A stretch of 62,981 bases of DNA, the filler included, from Octopus bimaculoides (taxonomy: Eukaryota): the NCBI RefSeq assembly GCF_001194135.2. It is 4 parts of 4 records of this genome, joined end to end, with 100 filler letters (N's around TTAATTAATTAA, not from the genome) between each part and the next. Parts side by side here need not be neighbours in the genome. Positions count along the whole stretch, not along the records: positions 13,701 to 38,431 come from NC_068987.1; 3 more parts are not named here. The stretch is one strand, 5' to 3'. The position numbers were made by a program, and so were the translations under genes. This document shows, piece after piece, positions 13,904-23,445 of the stretch. The notes beneath the pieces were generated by a model, which saw nothing but the letters and a program-made list of their open reading frames with translations, was not told the DNA's origin and searched no databases. Every line of letters begins with the position of its first letter. Positions within the stretch are counted from its first letter, which is position 1.

Positions 13904-14831
13904 GTATATAAATATATAATATGTCACATTCAGTTTCCGTTTACCAAATCAGCTCACAAGGCTTTAGCCCGGGGCTAAACTAGAAAAAAACTTGTTCAAG
14001 AATTCATGCAGTAGGCCTGAACTCGGAACCATGTGGTTGGGAGACCTTTTAACTTTCTGCATTCAAAAACAAATTTTGTTGTCTACTAGGAGGGTCATTA
14101 TGTCAATAAATAAACACACGCATTGGTTCTATTTCACTTCTTTTGTTGCTGTTAATGAATTCGTTAGCATTTAACCAATTAACTGATCAATTGATTGATT
14201 AATCGTTCAGTCAGTCAATCAATCAGATATGCTTGTCAAGGTCATTTCGTCACCATCCGCGACCTCATCAATTACATGTCCTCTTTATTCCAGGTCTGCT
14301 TTGGGTCTGTTCGCCATTTGTTTGGACCCCAATAAGTAATGCTCTATGCAGTCGTTCGACTTTCTAGAAATAACAGCCAAATTTCGTTCATATAACATAC
14401 TATTGTATTTAAAAAAGAAGGACACATTTGATAAAGTTCATTGCTTCGTACAAAAAGATAAGAAGCCGATGGCCATATTTTTTATTTTTATCATTGGTCT
14501 GTTTGATTAAAATTTGACTGAACTAAGGACTAAACAACAATACTTACATAGCGAAAATTTCACGATGTGGTCACCCAGCCTGCTAGAAATAGAAATCGAA
14601 TCTTCCTCAAATTACACATGACCATCATCGTAAAACAAGGACACATGGAATAATGAAATTTTGGTTACATTACGTCTAATCTGTCTAATCTGATAAAACA
14701 ACTTCCTGTTCATCGAGGCCATAGCTCTGTCTGACCAACAACTAATAACGATGATGATGATGATGATGATGATGATGATCATCATCATCATCATCATCAT
14801 CATTATTAATAACAACAGCAATATTAGTAAT

Positions 14832-15035
14832 AATGATTTCAAATTTTGGCACGATGCCTGCAGATTTTCAGAAGGGGAAGTCGATTACATCAACTCCAGT
14901 GCTATACTGGTACTTATTTTATCGACTCCGAAAGGATGAAAAGTAAAGTAAACTTCGGCGAAATTTGAACTCAGAAAGTGAAGACGGACGAAATTCCGCT
15001 TGAGCATTTTTCCCGACGTGCAAACGATTCTGTTA
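14832..15035 (-). mobile_element. SINE family C
   Basis: tttcaaattttggcac..gtcgattacatcaactccagtgc..ggatgaaaagtaaagtaaacttcggcgaaatttgaactcagaa. Confidence 0.7.
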
Positions 15036-17063
15036 CATTTGAACTCAGAATCTCTAGGTTCACGATGCTCTAACGATTCTGATTCTCCTTACCATCGTCA
15101 GCATCACCACCATCACATTACCATCATCATCATCATGATTACCCTACTATCATCATTATAATGTGTGTGTGCCCTCGAGCACGCACAAAGAATAAGCATA
15201 GGAGCGCACTTGTTGGTGATTGGCGTCCGAAATGTTGTCAGGCGCTCACAGTTTTCTACCGGTCAAGTTACACGCTTAGTGGCACATCCTTGCATTCCGT
15301 GGAGATCTTGAGGAGACACTGAACATCGACAATCAGCTGAACGACCTATTCTGGTTGACCTTTAACTTGGACTATGGACAGCTTTCATAATTCCCAGGCC
15401 TTACTACCCACTAGTACTTCTAATGGATAGTGCACTGCCGGTTCAGGATAAGCTGTATAAGAACGGTAGCACCCATCCTTGTTTTGCACAGAGCGAAGAA
15501 GCCGTTCTTCAGTGTCCAAGCACTACCAACTTGTGGAATAATGTGGAACTGCTTTTGTTGCAAGTTAACTGATTTGAATGTCAACCGAGTCCACCTGAAG
15601 TATGATCCCCTTGCCTTTCTTTGGTTGGGAAAGGGATGCAGTTCTCCTATGTCTGGTGGCTATGGTGAAAGAGATTATGTGAGGCACATTACTGAAAGAA
15701 TTGAAGACATCCATTCGTCTCTTTCGTCAAACCATCAAAATTCTCAAGTTTGCTTTGGAGAGAAAAGTTGTTTGCGGACAGAAAGGTATCGTTTCCTGTA
15801 AAGTTGTTAAGTGTTTGAGAATGGTAAGAATGGCCCCAGTTAATAGACCTGTTCCCAGCCTGTTCTTGTGGGCCGAAATCACTGTCATGAGAAGGTACTC
15901 TCCCTTAGAAGTCAGGATAGTTTTGGCTCTATAGGGTCCGTTAATCAGCTCTTGGTGGCTTCTCCTTATTGGGAAATTTTCAACTCATTTCCTTTGTATA
16001 TTTTTGTTTTCTGTGTCAGTTTCTTTTTTCTCTCTCTCTCTTTTACTATCATTCTTTCTTGATGTCGTCCTGTCTTTCTCGGTCTCATATCCACCGAACC
16101 AATGAAGGTGGCTGCTAGAAAGAGTAATGAAATTTCCCTCAAATTACATATAACAAGACTCATTGAATAAAAGCACTCCCAGATACCACGCGTCTTCTGT
16201 TCGAGACCTCTAGACACATTGTCAGAGAAAAGACTGAATCATCATGGCTGCTATGTCCTTTATCATAGGAGTGCCTCTTCAGAACTTACCAGAAGATAAA
16301 AAGCAACAACCTCATCATCATCGTCGTCGTCGTCGGAAGTAGCGTAACTGAACACATAACTGCACTTCTCCTCTGTCTGTCTGTCTGTCTGGTTGTCTGT
16401 CTGTCTGCCTACCTTCTGCCTGACTACCTGCATACCTGCCTACCTGTCTGCCTGTCCGCCTGCATACTTTCCTACCTGTCCTCCTGCATACCTGCCTACC
16501 TGTCTGCCTGTCTGACTGCCTGTATAGCTTTGTCCGCGCCTGTGTTCGACTGACCCCTGCCTGTTGTTCGCTATTATAACAAGATGTTTTTAGCTTAAAC
16601 AAAGCTTGACTGGTTTTCAATCAGCAATTTGGAATTCGTTTGAATTTTTCTTAAATGTGATGTGTAGTTCTTGGGACGATTGATTAGATTTTTCATGGCA
16701 TCATGTCTCAATTCGAAAGACCCTGTTGTGTTGTTTATTAAAACCTGATTGAAAACTGAATGCAAGTTCAAATTGAGGTAGAGATATGCTACAACTGCAA
16801 TGTCCTTACCATAACGTTCCATCTTGGAAGAATATTATAATTTCTAATATTGACACAAGAGAACATCCACTTTGGAGAGAGTTGACTTTGTAACCTTCGA
16901 TAGATGAACGGGAAAGGTGACCTTGATGGCGTTTGAATGTAAAAGGCGAAGGGATGTAACAACTGCAAGGAAGTTTATCCGTCACTTTTTCGGATTTACT
17001 AATCCACTGAATTAATCGACTAAATTAATAACTCTTTTGTTATAATATCATCTCTGGTTGCAG

Positions 17064-17258
17064 GTGCAATGGTACAATTACTTGGCTGATGCAAAATACC
17101 ACCTTCCTTATGAGAAAGACACTATAGCTTTTACTATTATTGGTCGACCTGATATGTTTGAGAAAGCTTTTAAAACATTCGTATGTAATAGAACCAGCAA
17201 GCCACTTGTTGATATTGACTACAAGTTTATCATGTTTTATATGAAGAAGATCCAACAG
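17064..17258 (+). CDS. MMACHC: MMACHC/CblC-like paralog A, coding exon equivalent to human exon 2 (VQWYNYLADAKYHLPYEKDTIAFTIIGRPDMFEKAFKTFVCNRTSKPLVDIDYKFIMFYMKKIQQ)
   Basis: Acceptor ctctggttgcag|GTG, donor CAG|gtaagc. 195 nt, phase 0/0, the same length as human MMACHC exon 2. By-eye match to human [31 protein letters not shown] (recalled). Confidence 0.9.
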
Positions 17259-18289
17259 GTAAGCTTTTGAACATAACCCAAGAGTTAATCTAAACTCAAG
17301 CCAAATTTTCAATACAGAATGATAGAATGACAAAACTGCATATACACGCATCTTTGATCCATTTAACCGAAAGAAAGCCTCTCGACTGACTGGCAAAGTC
17401 TCATTCCAGCATAAACGCACAGTGTTTCACCCTCTCTATATATCTGTGTTCTTTTTTTTTATCACTATTAAAACAATATTTGTTCCTTGGGAACAAGCTA
17501 GATGCATGACATCTCTGCATAACCCTACCGAGCATAAATGTTTTTCTTCCCCATCTCCTCACCTCTACAGTGTCTCACATCCGGCACTCATACAAATATG
17601 TAACAACGATAAAATAATAATGACATAATGCAGAGGAGAAATGACTAAAGCAGAATAGTTGCTTAATTATCAATACGGTCATTTATTAAGTTGATTATGA
17701 TATATATTCGTTACAATATATAAGAAATATACAACGTCGTCGCGTTGTTTGTGTATACACATTGTTTGTAGTTGCAGTAAAATATATTCTGGTTCCATGG
17801 TTCATTCTATGATTGGAGAAAAGATCTGAGAGGTCAACTCAATCTCATTAATTTCTGAGTGCAGGACTGAGACAATAGACCGAATACTTGCTTGACAATA
17901 TGGAGAAATGTGGATTTGGTCTCGAATCCTAGCTTAGCTGTTCTGTAGCTGTTCGCTACAAATATTTTCCTTACAGTCTTCCCTCTTCAGATCTTCGACC
18001 GTCTTGAATTCTTTTCATACTCATATTTTACTACAAAACTTGAACATCAGCCGTATAGAGTTCATTAAACTCGAAGGATTTGTGAAGAACATCAAGCTAT
18101 AGTCCCTTGACCCGAATTATAATAATTATTTTTTTTTATCTCCTTGCGTTTATCCCGCTTTGTGTAAGGCCTGCTCGCTTTATTATTGCAACTGAGATGT
18201 TGCTCTAATCGACGCATCACACTGTCTGACAGCAGAGAGATATATCACCGTTCCGAGCCCAGCACTTATTTCCGTTTTAACTTTAGTAC

Positions 18290-18555
18290 TTATTCTATCG
18301 GTCGCTTTTTAACGAACCGCTAGTTCATTGGGACATAAACAAACCAAGAACAGTTGTTAAGCGATGGGAGTAATACAACACAAACACACATACATAGATA
18401 CACGCGCGCGCGCGCATATATATGACAGGCTTCTTTCAGTTTTCGGTTACCAAATCCTCTCGTAAGGCTTTGGTCAACCCAGAGTTATAGTAGAAGACAT
18501 TCGCACAGAGTGACGCGCACTGGAATTGAACCAAAGATTACATGACTGGAAAGCA
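18290..18555 (-). mobile_element. SINE family B, degraded, in the intron between copy A exons 2 and 3
   Basis: gcttctttcagttttcggttaccaaatcc..aaggctttggtcaacccagagttatagtagaagaca. Confidence 0.65.
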
Positions 18556-18640
18556 CCCCACACCCCAGTCACGTCCGTGCCTGTTGTGTCAATAAATTCA
18601 ATTGATTCTTTTTTTTTTTTTTTTGCTGCAATGGTTTCAG

Positions 18641-18784
18641 GAATACAACAACGTCGATATTATTCTCAGAAACGTACGTGGACATCACAGCAATCTTAAT
18701 ACCAATATAGCCGCACACGTCACAGGTGTTGCTTACCGATATACTCAATCTGATGTCCTGCATTATACTTGGCCAAAGACAAAG
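18641..18784 (+). CDS. MMACHC: MMACHC-like paralog A, exon equivalent to human exon 3 (EYNNVDIILRNVRGHHSNLNTNIAAHVTGVAYRYTQSDVLHYTWPKTK)
   Basis: Long poly-T tract, then tggtttcag|GAA; donor AAG|gtatgt. 144 nt, phase 0/0. AAHVTGVAYRY...DV...W matches human [11 protein letters not shown]...DV...W. Confidence 0.88.
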
Positions 18785-19415
18785 GTATGTAGACATAACC
18801 GATTCTTGTTGATCGATAATTTTTCCTATAAATTACGCAAATGTACTTGCATAGCAAGTGAGATGCAGCACGAAGTTTTGTCAATGAACAAGTCGCGGTT
18901 TCAAAACGACGAAAATATTTTAATACAAATGAAATTTAAATGTTGAAGACTAACTATGGGTTTTTGTGTGTTCTTTGAATGGCTTGCAAACATCTTCCAC
19001 CGCTGCAACATGCTCGTACACACAAACCTATGTGCGTGCACACATTCACACACACACACATATACATGTATATATTATTTCATTGAAGCCGAAAAAAAAA
19101 AGAAAAGAACTCCACACACTCTTGCTCACAGTTTCACTTAGCCGTTCATCAAGCTGTTGTGATAAATCAAACTACTCTGAGTAACAGTCTGTAAAGTATA
19201 TTTATTCTTTGGACTCCAGTAAAGTAGCATTTTACTCCACCTTTAATATTCGAGTACTATTCTTTCCCATTTTGTTTTGCGCCTATGGGCTCACCTGCGT
19301 GTTAGAGAGAGTGAAATTCGAATCATAGGTATGTCAGTTCATTATAGAAAATATAACAGAAAAGTCCAATTCTTCCATTGCATGTAACACGGGCAACGCC
19401 GGGTATCTCTGCTCG

Positions 19416-19475
<60 letters not shown>

Positions 19476-20861
19476 TGTATGTGTGTGTGTGTGTGTGTGT
19501 AAGTATGTATGTATGTATGTATGTATGTATGTATGTATGTATGTATAGAGTGTACTGTTCCGTTATTGGCAGGATCAACAAAAATATATTCCATCCAGCG
19601 AGAGATAAATATTATTTAATAAACACAATATTTATATGCGAGCTACTATGAGTGTCACGCTCGGATAATAACAGTAATCGAACATGCTTGTGTAGTGTAG
19701 TGTATACGAGTCTGAACGATGACAGGATTGTAAAGTGAATCTCGAAGCACATAAAGCTATAAATTATAGAGTACGAATATTAGATTAGATCTCCTTCGGA
19801 TAGAAAAAGTTGAAGGCTCCTCGTGGAACTTTTCTACCCCTAAGTGTTTCAGCCCAATATTTAAACGTTATTATTTGTAGCTGCATTTGCTTCGAGACTA
19901 AAAGGAATTATTTCACGTTCTCGAAGTTTTTAATTTCTTATGACCTCAACATCATACAATTCTCTCTGGTGAGAATAAAGTTTTTAAAACGAATTGAGAA
20001 ATTTGAAGGATTGCTTTAGCTAACTAGTAGAGCACAACATGCTTACTTCGAGATTCGCCGTCCACACACATACACACACATGTATGTACATATATTAGTG
20101 TTTATTTTTATGTTCAGTTATAATAAAATCAATTTTATATTAATCTGATGGATTACTCCATTCTTTTGTACAGCGCAATTTTTTCATTCTTATACAAGAA
20201 TGTTGTTGACAGCGACTTCGAAGTTTTGGCTAACCAACCCATCGTCGGTCTTGCTTTTATATAGTTTCTGTTGAGTTCAAATCATCTATGGCCTACAGCA
20301 GACCCCCAAGTGCCACCTCTTTAAAAGTGTCGTCCGGGGCAGACCGCCCTCCACCCGTTACTATAGTGGATGGTAATTAGGTTTTTGTAGTCAGTTGTTA
20401 TGGAAAGGGGTTTTGGAAAAATTTTCATTGATTACATTTGGGGCTATGTTAGTATTTGGAATTTATTCATGCGTATAGCAATTGGTAAACAAACTTGTAG
20501 GTGTTTCTCTTTAGATAAGTGGGCACAAGGTTTGAAAGTATTTTGGGCGCTTTTGGTATTACTGGATTTAATCCTTTCGCTTTGACAATATAATATCTAA
20601 GGGACAAAGCCCAGTATTTAAACCCTTGGTAATTGGACTTGTCAACTTATTTTTTCACAAAAGAATGAGGGGATGTGGCAAGTTTAGGCTGGTCTTCTCT
20701 TTACCTTTGAGCTTTATATTGTCAAAACAATTATTTTATACTTTTACGCTGGCAAAAATGGAATTTATTTCATCATTCTTCGTAATTAAAAAAATCGGTG
20801 ACGTCAACACCAAAGATTAGATAATAATAAAAAAAAATAGCCAGAAATTATTATCATGTAT

Positions 20862-21258
20862 AGGCGCAGGAGTGGCTGTGTGGTAAGTAGTTTGCTTACC
20901 AACCACATGGTTCCGGGTTCATTCCCACTACGTGGCACCTTGGGCAAGTGTCTTCTACTATAACCTCGGGCCGACCAAAGCCTTGTGAGTGGATTTGGTA
21001 GACGGAAACTGAAAGAAGCCCGTCGTATATATGTATATATGTGTGTTTGTGTATCTGTGTTTGCCCCCCCCCCTTCCCCCACCATCGCTTGACAACCGAT
21101 GCTGATGTGTTTACGTCCCCGTAACTTAGCGGTTTGGCAAAAAGAGACCGATAGAATAAGTACTAGACTTACAAAGAATAAGTCCTGGGGTCGATTTTCT
21201 CGACTAAAGGCGGTGCTCCAGCATGGCCGCAGTCAAATGACTGAAACAAGTAAAAGAG
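20862..21258 (+). mobile_element. SINE family B, full length, ending about 37 nt upstream of the copy A terminal exon
   Basis: ggcgcaggagtggctgtgtggtaag...ccgggttcattccc (tRNA-like head), core gtggcaccttgggcaagtgtcttctac, 3' end ggccgcagtcaaatgactgaaacaagtaaaaga. Confidence 0.9.
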
Positions 21259-21294
21259 TATGTGTCATCATGATGTCTTCTCATCTATTTACAG

Positions 21295-21663
21295 AAGCCG
21301 CTTGAATTTGCAGTCCACCACAAGTATGGCGCATGGTATACTGTCCCAGCAGTGATTGTTTTTCGAGATTTCAAACTGCCCAGTCTTCTTTATCCTCTCC
21401 CATTCGATGCCCTTCCATCTCATGAACACAGAAGATATGTTCTACAGTCGCTTCACAATGGTACTATGGAATGGCGACATGCTTCTTTTATGCCAGGAAG
21501 GCAACCGTTTTCTGAGGAAGCAAAACAATATTTCTCTTCAAAATTTAATCAGAGAATTTCAATAGTTAAAAAAACCAAACAATCATGCAAAGAGGGGCGA
21601 TTCACGTATTTCTTTAAGCATATTCTTCCAGCCTTTATGCCTATTTTAGGATGTTGTATGTGA
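21295..21663 (+). CDS. MMACHC: MMACHC-like paralog A, terminal exon (KPLEFAVHHKYGAWYTVPAVIVF...FSEEAKQYFSSKFNQR...ILGCCM*)
   Basis: Acceptor catctatttacag|AAG; open to TGA at 21661-21663 (122 aa). H..YGAW, PFD, W, SEEAKQYFS and QR match human HPRFGGW, PHD, W203, SEEQKAYFS and QR230. Confidence 0.88.
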   Translation, partial: KPLEFAVHHKYGAWYTVPAVIVFRDFKLPSLLYPLPFDALPSHEHRRYVLQSLHNGTMEWRHASFMPGRQPFSEEAKQYFSSKFNQRISIVKKTKQSCKEGRFTYFFKHILPAFMPILGCCM

Positions 21664-22014
21664 CAATGAAGCTTGAAAGTAAATTCCAAAGATTTTCTTC
21701 CAAATTCCTCATAATAGTTATAGCATTAAAAGAATAGTAACTCTTTCAGATAATCCAACGATGCAAACCAAACCACGAAAATATTGTATTTTATTTCAAA
21801 TCATTTTGAGAAATGACAGTGTTGTGTAAATTAATAAAATTGCGTTTTCATGTTGTCGCAATTTTCTTGTAATCTCAATTTTCTCCTTCAAAGCAGTTCA
21901 CAGTCACTTGCTCTTGGGCATTCAATACTTACTTTCGTGTCGCAAATCGAATTTCAACGGTTACATGAAACAACAGAATCCTCAATACTGAACGAACATA
22001 CATACATACATTCA

Positions 22015-22045
<31 letters not shown>

Positions 22046-22181
22046 TTATTTATTTATTTATTTATACACACATATATACATTCATACGCATACATACGTA
22101 CCTAGCTAGCTACCTACTTTGTCAGTAAAGAAAACATAAATGCTTGTTGATATTTGAAGTTAGTGAAGCACTGGTCAATAA

Positions 22182-22523
22182 TTAAACCACTTTAACGTCT
22201 CTTTTGAACATCGGCGTAGAATTGGTACAATATTTCTTGACATCCTTTACGAATTCTTCGCGCTTTTTTCCAAATATCGAAAAGTATGCTTTTGCTTCTG
22301 GAGTATATTTCTTCACCACAGGAATGATATCTGCAAATTTCCAACTCGCCCAGTCATCATTATATTCATTTAATAATTTTATTCTTTTTGTGACGCTATG
22401 AACCACGTCTTTGGGTGACAGACAAGAGAAATTTTTTGGTAGTTTAACATTCTTAAATACGATGACACCTGGGAATGAAATCCATCCTCCATACAGTGGA
22501 TGAATAGCAACACCATAAATTGT
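22182..22523 (-). CDS. MMACHC: MMACHC-like paralog B, terminal exon (TIYGVAIHPLYGGWISFPGVIVF...YNDDWASWKFADI...YTPEAKAYFS...KR...RDVKVV*)
   Basis: Acceptor ttcttatatttcag|ACA; open to TAA (113 aa). GVAIHPLYGGW, N..W..W..D and AKAYFS match human GVCIHPRFGGW, NFHWRDWTYRD and QKAYFS. Confidence 0.93.
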   Translation of the reverse strand, partial: TIYGVAIHPLYGGWISFPGVIVFKNVKLPKNFSCLSPKDVVHSVTKRIKLLNEYNDDWASWKFADIIPVVKKYTPEAKAYFSIFGKKREEFVKDVKKYCTNSTPMFKRDVKVV

Positions 22524-22879
22524 CTGAAATATAAGAAAGTGGATGGAATTAGATAACATTTGTAACTGTAAAAGAAACAGTTGTAGAAATGGTGGATATT
22601 ACCTTTTGGAGTGTCTAGGGGAAGAGGACATGCGCACGCAAGTAGTTTCAGGATAAGGTACTTTAAATATCATTAAGGACATTGCCAGTTTCGATTACAT
22701 CAGAACTAATTAGCATGCGTTAAACGAATGCATTATTGAGGACTTGTATATAGTCAAATACCTTTGTTGTTATAGAAATTAAAGAGTTTATTTTCTACCA
22801 CATGGAGCAAAGGATAAAAGAACTGTATTCGCTGGCTAGCTGAAGCATTCACGAGACTTAAACTGATCAATAGAAGGCT

Positions 22880-23100
22880 GAGTATCCTCACGTCGAATCC
22901 AGTTTGGATGGTAGACTTAACTGTTGTTCAGTTGAATGCTACCACCTGACCCTTGTGTGTCTTTGGCATAGTCCTTTCTGTGGCACGTATTTGAACTCAA
23001 GATATATCCTGAGAGGCTGTCTCCCACTTCAGCTAATCATCACTCATGGTTTCATACTGTCTCCCTCAGCTAGACTTACAGATTGTGAAGAGGCATGGAC
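22880..23100 (-). mobile_element. Possible LINE 3' remnant
   Basis: Minus frame gives KWETASQDIS, resembling the WE..AQDR..W motif near LINE RT C-termini. Weak. Confidence 0.35.
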
Positions 23101-23174
23101 AATGTCTTTCCTCCTCTAACAATGAATGCAACAGAATTTATTAATTCTCCATAAATAGTACCCCTACTTTAGAC

Positions 23175-23445
23175 TAGTGGTTCTCAAACTTTTTCAGGCT
23201 GCCGTCCCCTTGGCACCCAGGTCAAATTCCTGGTGCACTACCTCCGCCACTCATCACCACAAACACAGACCATTTCTTGAAGCAAATTCAAAACAATTGT
23301 ATTTCACAAATAAAACTTAACCTAATTAACCCATTATTTTGGGGTCTTTTTTTTTACATCCATCTTTTGGCCATTCCAATATCGCCCCAATTTCCATCAA
23401 TGCATCCTCCTTGCATCTTTCCACTGCCCACTTTGGGAATCACTA
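23175..23445. mobile_element. Old hAT/Charlie-like non-autonomous element
   Basis: Imperfect 14-bp TIRs tagtggttctcaaa / tttgggaatcacta (12/14); no clear 8-bp TSD. Confidence 0.4.

Noticed and set aside
15430-16220. Short overlapping ORFs with a QEQAG-like word on the minus strand
   Set aside because: Possibly a very old LINE remnant, but too degraded to assign; no host-gene signal.
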